The notes beneath the pieces are model-generated. The model was given only the letters and a program-made list of their open reading frames with translations, was not told the origin of the DNA and did no database searches. Made by a program: the position numbers and the translations under genes. 64,000 nucleotides of DNA from Marsupella aquatica (taxonomy: Eukaryota > Plantae > Marchantiophyta). The stretch spans positions 7,263,278 through 7,327,277 of the forward strand of contig OZ316896.1 of NCBI GenBank assembly GCA_973895155.1. Direction: 5' to 3'. Positions 23,948 to 35,786 of this stretch are shown here, piece by piece. Within the stretch, counting starts at the first letter, position 1; every line of letters starts with the position of its first letter.

Positions 23948-24360
23948 TAGCGCCTGGCGCTAACTAAAATGTCTCCAATATAATATGCCCCAAATCTTGA
24001 TATTCCATACTAGCGCCTGGCGCTAGTATACGAAAAACCCTCCAGATGTCCATCAATACTATGAAATAATTGGATTGAAATGATCAATGAAAATGTGAAT
24101 TCTTTTAAAACTATGGATGAAAAATACTCGTTATCACTAGCGTCGGGCGCTAGTATAGGATGCAAGTAATGTTTCCCAAAAACCATTAAAACAATAGACA
24201 TTTCTTTAAATATGGGGTTGTTTTGATGAAATTTATGTATTCGAGGCACCATTTAAGACCTATTCTATAGCTGTTGTTTTTACTAGCGTCGGGCGCTGCC
24301 ATGACAATCATCCAAATTATCTACTTCAAGGGAAGTTGTTTATAATAGCGCCCAGCGCTA
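23948..24360. promoter_or_regulatory. Cluster of five TAGCGCC-N-GGCGCTA-type palindromes upstream of transposase B
   Basis: Copies at 23948-23962, 24007-24029, 24136-24154, 24282-24298 and 24346-24360. Confidence 0.6.
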
Positions 24361-24461
24361 GTATTCCGAGTGAGGGAGGAAAACGGTCATAACGGTAATA
24401 TTTAACGGTAACTTCTGAGCTCTGTGTGTGTTACGCTTCTTCTACCGAATGATTTAGCTAA

Positions 24462-24868
24462 TTAAGTTCTCAGCATACATACGTTGGAAAAGAGAACACA
24501 CCCATCAGGGCATGCGTCAATAGACACATAGTTCAGCCCAAGGTTAGACATCAATTTCCTAGCCTCGTACACATTTTTTGGAATTGCATTACCATTTGGT
24601 AACACATTTTGGCGCAAGAAGGTCAACAACTTTGTCACAAATATATTGGGAACATTGTGATTGCCACAGATGTTCAACAACAACACGACAAAGCCCAGCT
24701 TGGAGTAGTTCAACCCCTCGTAGATAGGAATGCAAGCTTCTTTGATGTGTTTTGGGCCCCCAAACACCCACTCCCTCTCTTGTGCACCTTCCCCAATGTC
24801 AAAGTCAGGTTCAGGTGGGCCGTGTCCAATGTGTGGTTGCGGTTCATTGTCCTCTTCTGATTCCACTG
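24462..24868 (-). pseudogene. CACTA (En/Spm) TnpD transposase fragment
   Basis: LPNGNAIPKNVYEARKLMSNLGLNYVSIDACPDGCVLF is typical of the CACTA transposase N-terminal region. Confidence 0.8.
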
Positions 24869-25963
24869 TGTTGGTGCGTCCCATGGCTCCCTAAACCCAA
24901 GAAACCCTTCTGCACAAGCCGATTCTCTTCTACTAACATTTTACACACATATACTGGACAGATCCTTCATCGGGTCATGAGATAAGTAGCCGGCCTATTC
25001 TATGCCTTCCCTTGTCTTCCTCTCCTGGTCTCCCTTTATGTATGTTTGGATTCCGCCACCGGAATGATCCCCAATTGGCTTGGGTTAGCCGCTAAGACCT
25101 CTCTCAGCTTGACACATCCAACTCTTACTACCTTGCTTACTTCTCTTCTCTCTAAGTAGTTGATGTGGGCAATCTTCAAACAAGTTAATGCGACACATAA
25201 ATAGCAAAATGACTCCTTCTAACTGAGTTATACCATGCATTTGCCATACAACTAGTACTTCTCATAAACAAGATCTGCGAACTAAGCCGTGAGGCCAACT
25301 CTATTCATCTCTTAGGCATGAGGAAACATGAATATACACAAGGGTCACTGTATAACTAACCAAGAGCTTCTTTTACTACTTGATCCCTGCCCTGCTGGTG
25401 CACTAAAAACTTGCTAAAGAAGAAGGCCCTAAACTCCCCGCTACCCGGGTACTTATCCTGGCAGTGGATCCGCCTAATGCCTTGTAGTGTAAGCCTAATC
25501 TATCCTATCTATAATCTACCTATGTACATCGAGGCAAGAGCACAAGTGTTGCTCTTACCAGTGATCCGCAATCCCACTAATCTAAGTGTTAGGGCCGCCT
25601 CTTGGTCCTGATCCTAATTCTAAACTTGGAGATTTGTGCCTGCCCTGCCCACTCACGCCTCCTCCTTCCATGTCCGCCCTCCTTAAAAGGAGCGGCCCTC
25701 CAACACCGTCATGGTAGCGGTGGCTGATCCTCAATGGACGCCCCCAATGTTTCCCCCGTAGCCACTATCGTAGGTCTGTCTTCTGGCACATTACCTGCCC
25801 CAGACCGAGTCAACTCTCCCACGGCCTGACCAGGTCCACCCTCAGCTTTGGCCTCAGCTTTGGCTACGGCCTCAGATCCGGCTATGGCCTCAGATCCAGC
25901 TACGGCCTCCCCGGCCTGCTCTAGGGATGGATCCGCTACCCCGGCTTTATCAATGATCGTCCC
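24869..25963 (-). mobile_element. Old truncated family-2 LTR (U5 end plus tail of the LTR ORF)
   Basis: TGTTGGTGCGTCCCATGG terminus; collinear with the 45015 LTR into the ORF 3' end. Confidence 0.85.
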
Positions 25964-26071
25964 TGTAAACCAAGGAAATAATTAAGTAGAATTAGTGGAG
26001 AAACGTCAAGTAGAAGATAATAGATCAAGTATTTAAGGGGGATTAGTAGCAGGTGGAAATAGCTTAGTAAG

Positions 26072-26503
26072 ATGGATGGGAGACTAACATTAGAAGGCAC
26101 GACAATTTTTGCTATTTGGAGTAGTACCGGATTAGGGTTTTGCTATGAAGGATGCGATACCAAGCTAGGAGACGGCAAAGATTGCGCTCTGGGGGTGAAA
26201 GCAAGACAACAAAGGCAAAGGGGAGAAGAACGATCGAACGTTTTTAGTAGGGATCGAGGCACTCATTTTTGCAAGCTTGTAGGAGAGGGGAAGCCCATGT
26301 TTTGATTTATGATCCGCCTTAGGGAGGGAGACTGCCGAGTATGGAATGAAGCAGGGCAACAGCTTTTCGGCATGAATGGTGAAACTTTCCAACAACAGTT
26401 GACTACTCCAGAAGCTGTTGAAGAATTTTGCAGGGGAGTCATGTCATCAAAGTGGAACCTGACGTTGGGACGAGAACTCGATCAACGACAACGTCACTGC
26501 TAG
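26072..26503 (+). pseudogene. RPA1 C-terminal OB/Zn-ribbon-like remnant, possibly Helitron-derived
   Basis: GFCYEGCDTKLGDGKDC and VWNEAGQQLFGMNGETF resemble RPA70 DBD-C. Split over two frames. Confidence 0.4.
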
Positions 26504-28261
26504 AGGCTAATCGCCGTTGAACGAGTAATCGTTTTTTGGAACATTAGTGAACCAGAAGATCCATTGAATGTTTATCATGTGACATCAGAATTTAGAAGCT
26601 TAACCGTTGGCAGTTCAAAAACCACGACCCCAACCACCAATCGCTTACAGAGATGTCCGATGTAGTAGTCTCAGTTGAATAGAGTATACCAACCGGAAAC
26701 CACGGATTGCGGTTTAGTAACCGCAAAACCACAATTTATTAACTGCTATGCAGTTATGTTCGATTAGTAAGTTAGATAACCATTTTTGTTAGTCGGACAG
26801 TTTGAAGACCGATAATTTTGCCGGAAGATAGTATTTAAGACAGGCAAGAGCGTAGAGTAGAGTGTCACTTTTGCAATAGGTAATCTGATTGAAAGGCGAA
26901 GCCAGACTTTCCTTAAGATGATCAGTAGATCTGTTTAAGTGTTCCCTACTCAGATGTGAGTAGAATTTTCGATGTTGAGAAGTAAAGAAATCATTATGAC
27001 ACAACCTGATGAATTGTTCGTGGATGAGTACCTTGTTGAGAGTCTACAGAAGAGATGGTGATTGACTATGAGATTATGAATTGAGAGTGAAGGGATTCAG
27101 AATTGAGGAGAGGAAAAATTAAAGAGAAGATTGAGTAAGACAATCGGAATTATAAAGAGAGTTGAATCTGTTAAAGTTATAAACCGAGGATTAGACAGAA
27201 GTATGTTAAGACGGTCATATTCCGATCGCAAGAATGAATGAGGATTAATTCACTCAGAGTGAACACATTGAGGAGTAACACCTTACGGAATCAAACCAAC
27301 AGACAACTTATAAGCAGTGGAGTCTGGCTAAAGTGTGTGTGTTTCAAGAATGACAATCTAATTGTCATACACCTGTAGCATAACGGAGTAATCGTTGAAT
27401 TGACATTCTACTTACGAATAGCCTTTCTTGATCTACTTCGTAACATAAGTAATTGATCGAATCCCTGGTGGGAGTATCAATGAGACGATTGGATCGAATC
27501 AGATCACAATCACTGGAAGTATGAATACTAGCTGTGGTGCGTCCCATGGCTCTCCAAACCCAAGAAAATCCCCTTGCTCAAGCCGATTCCCGCAGGTTTC
27601 GTCCTCGGCTTAGCGGCATGGGACGCTGCTAATTTCTCCTTCTACTACTATTAACATTTTACACACATATACTGGACAAATCCTTCATCGGGTCATGAGA
27701 TACTTAGCCGGCCTATTCTAGGCCTTCCCTTGTATTCCTCTCCTGGTCTTCCCTTAGGTATGTTTGGATTTCGCCGCCGGAATGATCCCCAATTGGCTTG
27801 GTTAAGCCGCTAAGACCTCTCTCAGCTCGACACATCCAACTCTCACTTGCTACTTCCCTTCATTGATGTGGGCACTCTTCACACAAGTTAATGCGACACA
27901 CAAATAGCAAAATGACTCCTTCTGACTGAGTTATACCATGCACTTGCCATACAAACAGTACATCTCATACCCAAGCTCTGCGAACTAAGCCGTGAGGCCA
28001 ACTCTATTCAGTTCTTAGGCATGAGGAAACATGAATATACACAAGGGTCACTGTATAACTAACCGAGAGCTTCTCTTACTACTTGATCCTAGCCCTACTG
28101 GTGCAACTAAAAATTTGCTAAAGAAGAGGCCCTGGACTCCCCACTGCCCAGGTATTTATCCTGGCAGCGGATCTGTCCAGAACTTTGCTGCGTAAGCTTA
28201 ATCTATCCTACCTATAATCTATCTAACTGTACAGCGAGGCAGGAGCACAAATGTTGCTCCT

Positions 28262-31200
28262 TGTGATGCCTAGACAGGAATCACTCGGCCGGTTAAGTGG
28301 GTAAAGCAGGAAGGCACCCTAGGAACACCTTAGTATAGGGACAAAACAAGGAAAATATAAACAATTAGGGGCAACCATGGAACCCGGGCAGAGGCCGGAG
28401 GTAAGGCTGAGGGTGAAAACCCGATTAGGGTTAGGGCGCGTTAAGCGTCGGCGGCTAGGAAGGATCAACGGGAAGAAGGACCGGCAGAGGAGAGGGGTAA
28501 GGAGCGCTTGCAGGAGATGGTGGCTCATTTGCGAGCACGAACTAGGCAGACGACTACGGGAGGCCAACTACTGTCAGCTGCTTAGGCAAGCACTCGGGGA
28601 GAGAGTAGATACCGACGATCGACCTAAGGAGGGTATGAGCAACGTCAATCAAGCGGCACATTTCTGGGGATGCCTGTTTGAACGGGCAACTGAGTACATC
28701 AAGACTTACGAGGACGAGGAGTCAGAAAGGGCAGCTCGAGAACGGCAGGAGCTCGCTCGATTGTGGGAGCTGCAGAAGACGGCTTTCTTAGGAGGCGAAC
28801 TCATCAAGGACGAGTTCCTGTGGACGCCTACTTCCAATCAACTCGACGATCTTCTGTTTTGCAAAGACAGCGTCATCGGCATCCGAGAGGCCATCAAGAA
28901 CTGCAACGACATACACTGGGAATTAAAGGGTAGCACGGAAAGGTGGACCCAGGCAACGGTGCTAGGAGAAACCTCCACGGCAGCAGAGATGAAGAGGAAG
29001 GGGGCCGTCAACGATGAAGCCACCCCGGCAAAAAGAACGAGGTCGGCGGCACCAAAGAGGCCAGCCGAGCAGCAGAGCAGGAGGCAGGGAGAAGCCGAAG
29101 AGGAGGAGGTCGATCCCATCAAGGCCATTCCAACCAGGGATGACACCTGGAAGGGCTGGGCGGCAACCCTACCGGTGGAGGTGCAACTACATTTTGCACG
29201 GGAGGAGGATGCATGCTTTACAGCCATGCAGACCAAGAGGTACCAAGGCTTCATGGCCGGATCCGGCTTGGAGGCCTTTGTAAGATTACCATGGCTGAAG
29301 CCAGAGGTACCGGAGTCAGACCTATTAGAATTCGTGGGGTCATGGGAACCCGAGACCAATTGCACGAGGATATATGGGAAGGATTTCTATCTTACTCCCA
29401 AGGTAATTGCCGAAGTGTTTGGCTTGCCGATAGGCAATAAGACCAAAGTTGATACCAGGAAGACCTTGCCTGACAAGGAGTTTCGGTCGTTCCCCGGGCC
29501 ATCAACGAAGAATGGCTTCTTCCGGAACACCTGCACCAACCCGCACATAGGAGAGATGATCGACTTCTTGCGGGTGACCATGCATTGTAACTTGCCGAGG
29601 GCAGAGATCGGCAAGGCACAGGTCTATCTGGCAGAAAGGCCAGACCCAAGCCGGGACTACAACGGGTACCTCCTCAACCAATTGAAGAAGATCTTAAAGG
29701 AGGAGCAGCAGGTAATCGGCATGGGGAGCGTGTCGCGGCTTGGCTATCACATGCCGCTGTTGTGCCGGTATGCCAGAGGTCAGACTTTTGCCCCGGTACT
29801 TCCCCTGCAGGTAAGGGCACCCGAGGAAGCTCCAACGCCGAGGCCGTTGGCTGAGAAGCCTCAACCACCTGTTAGTCCTACGATCGAGCAGGTGTTTAGG
29901 CCCAGGAAGGAAGACTTGCCGATGCAGCAACCAGGCATGCAGAGTCTGCTGAAACTACTGGAGAAAGAAAAGAAATCGGCATCGGCAACAACAACGGCAA
30001 TGACAACAATGCAGGACACTACTACAGAGGTAGGCCTACACCGGCTCACAAGAGAAAACCCCTTTGCTGGAGACAAGGAGAGAATCAGGCCGGAATCCAA
30101 GCCAGGTGTTCGAATGTACGTGGGAACCTCAAGCTCCGAATCTGAGGCAGAATTGCCTGAAGCTCCTACCAACGAAGAGGAGAGGGAGAAGCCGGACGTC
30201 CAAGAGGTAGAGGAGGCAGTGGAGGACTGCAGCCATGATAATTCCGGCTATGGGTCGGACCATCACGTTCCAGGAGTAAGGACCTGTGGCCGGTTTGTCA
30301 GACGGTGCAGGAATTTCAGGAGCGAATCAAGCAGAAGGAAGAGGCCGCCCTGGCTAAGGAAAAGGATTTACCAGGAGGAGATTGGCCGGAGGACATCAGG
30401 CGGCTAGCCGAAAAAGGAAGCAAACCTCTAGCCACGATTGAAGAGATCCGCAGGACGGCTTGGGAGCAGAGGCCACGATGGGTGATGCCGATCACTTCTA
30501 CTTACTCCACCTACGCTAAGAATAGAGCCATGGAGTATGGTGAGATGTGTGGGGAACTTGCGCTCGGCATCTTTGGAGAGGAGTTGGAGGTAGGACCCTT
30601 TTTCCATAGGGAGCAGTTGGAGAAGCACCAATTAGAAGAAGCGGTGGCTTTAGAGAGAAGCAAGAAGGACGAGGTCATTCGGCGGCTTAGGAGGATGGAA
30701 GCCGAGATTGAAGATCTAAGGGCGGCCAAGAAAGCCCAAGATGAACTGCGGATTAAACGACATGAGCTGAACATCATGCAGGGGCAGTTGGACACCGCGC
30801 AGGCTGATAATCAGAATATCAAGGATAAACTGACTCAGACGCAGGAAGAGTTGGCCGACACGATCAAAGAGAGGGAGAAGTGGAAGCAAGAGCTGAAGAA
30901 TACAGAGGAGGCCCACATAACAGCCAACAGCCGGGCCATGGCGGAGACCCAAAGAAAGGAATGGGCGTTGAAAGGGGAGCTCGAGAAAATCCGCGGAGCC
31001 CTTGAGCAGAAGGAGGTCGAGTTAGGGAAATCCTATCAAGGGATTATGGCGCTGCAGCAGGAGCTTGCGTCCCTGACGGCCAGCTTCAAGGCCGACCTAA
31101 GGGAGAAGGACGAGATGCTCGAACAGACTTACGCCAAGATGAACCAGATGGAGTCTGTCATCATTGCAGAGCTCGACAAGGAGCTAAGAGCAACCCAGGA

Positions 31201-32797
31201 GGAGAGGGCTACCTTGAAGAAGGAATTGGAGGAAGCCCACAGGGAGCAGGAGGAGGCCAAAAACGAGCTGGAGGGGGCACGTAAGGACCTGGATGAAACC
31301 CAAGAGGAGTTGGAGGAAATCACAAGGAAGATGGAGAACCTACAGCGGCGGGCCGACAACCAAACAGAGCGGCTGAAGAAACAAGCCGCAGTATTTAAAT
31401 GCTTAGCTGCAGCAGGTCCATCTCCCGTTGGGACAAACCAGTTACCAGGGGTGGTAATTGCCGAAGGACAAGCCGCGCCAACTGCACCAGTGCCGGAAGT
31501 AAGTGGGAAGGGGAAGGGACCAGCTGCCGAGCCACCAACGAAGAAGAAGCAGAAACCTTCAGGGTCAAGGAGTAATACGACTTCACAGGCCGTGGTGATC
31601 AAGGAGGTAGACCCAGCACCGACCCCAGACAGGGTCACGGCTAAGGATCCAACTACCCTAGGGGAAGGGGAGGCCGAAGCCGTGCGAGTGGCTGAGGCCG
31701 AAGCCGTGGGTATTGCCGAGGCCGGTGTCGAGGCTGAAGCCAAAGGTGGACCCAGTCAGGCCGATGGAGAGTTGACTCAGTCAAGGGCAGGTAATCTGTC
31801 AGAGAATGAACCTACGGCAGTGGCTGAGGAGGAAGCGTTGGGGGCGTCCATTAAGGATCCACCACCGGTGTCGTGACGGTGCAAGGGCGCCGTTCCTTTT
31901 AGGGAGGGCGGACGTGGAGGGAGGAGGCGTGAGTGGGCAGGGTGGGCGCGGATCTCCACGTTTAGGATTAGGATCAGAACCAGGAGCGGCCCTGACACTT
32001 AGCTTAGTGGGATTGCGGTCCCACTGGTAGGAGCAACACTTGTGCTCCTGCCTTGCTGTACATAGGTAGATTCGGGCAAGTAGATTACTGTTAAGTAGAT
32101 TAGGCTTACGATGCAAAGAATGGCGGATCCACTACCAGGATAAGTACCTGGGCAGCGGGGAGCTCAGGGCCTCTTCTTTAGCAAGTTTTTAGTTTGCACC
32201 AGCCGGGCTGGGATCAAGTAGTACGAGAAGCTCTCGGTTAGTCATACAGTGACCGTTGTATATATTCATGTTTCCTCATGCCTAAGAGCTGAATAGAGTT
32301 GGCCTCACGGCTTAGTTCGCAGAACTTGTGTATGAGATGTACTGTTTGTATGGCAAGTGCATGGTATGACTCAGTCAGAATGAGTCATTTTGCTATTTGT
32401 GTGTCGCATTAACTTGTGTGAAGAGTGCCCACATCAACAGAAGGAAGGAAAGTAAGCAGGGGAGTGAGAGTTGGATGTGTCGAGCTGAGAGAGGTCTTAG
32501 CGGCTTAACCAAGCCTATTGGGGATCATTCCGGCGGCGGAATCCAAACATACCTAACAAGACGGAGGGGAAGACAGGGGAAGACAGGGGAAGGCCTATAT
32601 TAGGCCGGCTACGTATCTCATGACCCGATGAAGGATCTGTCCAGTATATGTGTGTAAAATGTTAATAGTAGTAGTAGAAGGTTAGCAGCGTCCCATGCCG
32701 CTAAGCCACGGAAACAGCCTCGCCAAGCACGAAACCTGCGGGAATCGGCTTGAGCTGGGGGGTTTCTTGGGTTTAGGGAGCCATGGGACGCACCACA
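28262..32797 (+). mobile_element. Solo LTR of family 2 (4536 bp)
   Basis: Ends TGTGATGC...GCACCACA; CTCCT TSD at 28257-28261 and 32798-32802. Near-identical reverse complement of 45015-49669; no gag or pol. Confidence 0.95.
28377..31876 (+). pseudogene. LTR-encoded PMD-like/coiled-coil ORF, broken by one 100-bp deletion at ~30300
   Basis: ORFs 28377-30407 and 30305-31876 join if the 100 bp present at 47533-47632 are restored (~1199 aa). LLEFVGSWEPET...LTPKVIAEVFGLPIG resembles the plant mobile domain motif; a long E/K/Q/L-rich coiled coil follows. Confidence 0.85.
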
Positions 32798-35786
32798 CTC
32801 CTACCAGTGGATCCGCCATCCCACTAATCTAAGTGTTAGGGCCGTCTCCTGGTCTTGATCCTAATCCTAAACTTGGAGATCTGAGTCCGCCCTGCCCATT
32901 CACGCCTCCTACCTCCATGTCCGCCCTTCCTAAAAGGAACGGCGCCCTTGCACCGTCACGACACCGGTGGCGGATCCTCAATGGACGCCCCCAACGCTTC
33001 CCCCGTAGCCATTGCTGTCGGTCCGTCCTCTGACAGATTACCTGCCCCGGACCGAGTCAACTCTTCATCGGCTTGACTGGGTCCACCTTCGGCTTTGGCC
33101 CCAGCATCGGTCAGGGCCTTTGATACGGCTTCGGCCTCCCCGACTTGTTCTAGTGGAGGATCCGGTACCTCGGCTTCATCAATAGCTATCCCAGCCTTGG
33201 CCTTGCCATCCCCACCCTCTTCAACAGGTGGATCTACTGTCGTGACCATGCCGGAGGTTGGTGCCGGGTTGACCTCCTGGGTCATAACGGCTTGGTAAGC
33301 CGTATAACTTCCAGACCCAAAAGGTTTCCACTTCTTCTTCTTCCTTGTTTCGGTAGCTGGTCCCTTCCCTTTGCTACCTACCTCCGGCACCGGGGCGTGT
33401 GTCTCGGCTTGTCCTTCAGTCAGTACCCCTCCTGGTAACGGAGTTCCCAAAATTGGAATTGGACCAGATGAAGCTAAGCACTTAAATATTGCAGCCTGTT
33501 TCTTCAGCCGCTCCGTTTGGTTGTTGGCCCGCCGCTGTAAGTTCTCCATCTTCCTGGTGGTTTCCTTCAATTCCTCCTGGGCTTCCTCCAGGTCCTTCCG
33601 TCCCTCCTGCAACTCCTTTCTGGCTTCCTCCAATTCCAATTTTAAGGTAGCCCTCTCCTCCTGCGTTGCTCTTAGCTCCTTGTCGAGCTCCGTTACGACC
33701 TTAGACTCCATCTTATTCATCTTGGCATAAGTCTGGTCAAGCTGGTCGTCCTTCTCACGCAGGTCGGCCTTGAAGCTGGCCGTCAAGGATGCAAGCTCCT
33801 GCTACAGCGCAATAATCCCTTGATAGGATTTCCCTAACTTGGCCTCCTTCTGCTCAAGGGCTCCGTGGATATCCTCGAGCTCTCCTTTCAACGCCCTCTC
33901 CCTTCTCTGAGTCTCCGCCATGGCCCGGTTGTTGGCGGTTATGTGGGCCTCCTCTGCGTCCCTCAGCTCCTACTTCCACTTTTCCCTGTCCTTGACCGTG
34001 CCGGCCAACTCTCCTTGGGTCCGAGTCAGTTTATCTTTGATAATCTGATTGCCAGACTTAGCGGCATCCAATTGTCCTTGCATGATGTTTAGCTCATGCC
34101 GCTTAATCTGCAGCTCATCTTGGGCTTTCTTGGCCGCCTGCAGGTCTTCCACCTCGGCTTCCATCTCCCTAAGCCGTTGGATGACCTCGTCCTTGCTTCT
34201 CTCCAAAGCCACCGCTTCTTCTAATTGGTGCTTCTCCAACATCTCCCTCTGGAAAAAGGGTCCCTGCTCCAACTCCTCCCCAAAGATGCTGAGCGCAAGT
34301 TCCCCACACATCTTCCCGTACTCCATGGCTCTATCTTTAGCATAGGTGGAGTAAGTAGAAGTCATCGGCAACAACCACCTCGGCCTCTATTCCCAAGCCG
34401 CCTTGCGGATTTCTTTTACGGTGGCAAGACGGTTGCTTCTTTTTTCGGCAAGCCGCCTGATGTCCTCTGGCCAATCTCCTCCTGGTAAATCTTTCTCCCT
34501 AGCCAGGGCTGCTTTCTCTTCCTCCCTAAGTCGCTCCTGAAATTCTTGTGCCGTCTGCTTTATGCCGTCAAAGCTCGGGGGAGCAACCTCTGGTGGGGGA
34601 GACTCGGGGCTACTCTGCTGGGTGGGGTCCCCTCGAACTACACTTTAAATCAGCCACAGGTCCTTACTCCTGGAACATGATGATCCGACCCATAGTCGGA
34701 GTTATCATTGCTGTAGTCCTCCATCGCCTCCTCCACTGCTTGGACTCCCGGCTTCCCCCTCTGTTCCCCTGGTCCTGTCATGAAAACGGCCTCACAGATC
34801 ACGGGCCCTTGTTCCTCCTCTCGGTTCCAGGCTGTCCTCTCCCTCTGCTCTCCGTGGGAAGGAGCCTTAGGCTGCTTTGCCTCCGATTCGGGGCTTGAGG
34901 CTCCCACATACATTCGCACTCCCGGCTTGTGTTCCGGCCCGCTTCTCTCCTTGGCTCCGGTAAAGGGGTTTTCCCTCCTGAGTCGGCTTAGGCCGGCCTC
35001 TGGGGCAGTGTCCTGTACCGGTGTTGTTGCCGTTGCTGGTGCCGTTCTCTCCTTCTCCATTATTTTCAGCAGATTCTGCATGCCTAATTGTTGCATCGGC
35101 AAGTCTTCTTTCCTTGGCCGAAACACTTGCTCGATCGTAGGATTGACAGGCTGGTTGGGCTCTTCTGTTGCCAGCCTCTACTCCAGAACTTCCTCCGGTG
35201 CCCTTGCCGATAGGGGAAGTACTGGGGCAAAGATTTTACTTCTGGCATACCGGCATAACAGCGGCATGTGATAGCCAAGCTGGGACACGCTTCCCACGCC
35301 GATCACCTGCTGTTCCTCCTTCAAGATCTTCTTCAGTTGGTTGAGGAGGTACCCATTGTAATCCCGGCTTGGGTCTAGTTTTTCTGCCAGGTAGACCTGA
35401 GCCTTGCCGATCTCTGCCCTCGGCAAGTTACAATGCATGGTCACCCGCAAGAAATCAATCATCTCTCCGATGTGCGGGTTGGTGCAGGTGTTCCGGAAGA
35501 AGCCATTCTTCGTTGATGGTCCTGGGAACGATCGGAACTCCTTGTCAGGTAAGGCCTTCCTGGTATCAACCTTGGTCTTATTACCCATCGGCAAGCCAAA
35601 CACCTCGACAATCACCCGGGGAGTGAGATAGAAATCCTTCCCATACACCCTTGTGGAATTGATCTCGGGTTCCCATGATCCCACGAATTCTAATAAGTCT
35701 GAGTCCAGCACCTCCGGCTTCAGCCATGGTAATCTTACGAAGGTTTCCAAGCCGGATCCGGCCATGAAGCCCTGGTACTTCTTGGT

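Larger units (their letters stand above)
27533..35786 (-). mobile_element. Older family-2 LTR with degenerate ORF (32956-35786), host of the solo LTR, truncated at a LINE junction
   Basis: TGTGGTGCGTCCC terminus at 27533; sequence continues across the CTCCT TSD. ORF fragments 32956-33786, 33970-34374, 34650-35126, 35178-35765. Confidence 0.9.

Noticed and set aside
28426-28436. Telomeric repeat or telomere-targeting signal
   Set aside because: Fewer than two units; at most a telo-box.
28377-31876. LTR ORF as a true envelope gene
   Set aside because: No signal peptide or transmembrane stretch is visible; the protein is hydrophilic with basic NLS-like patches and a coiled coil.
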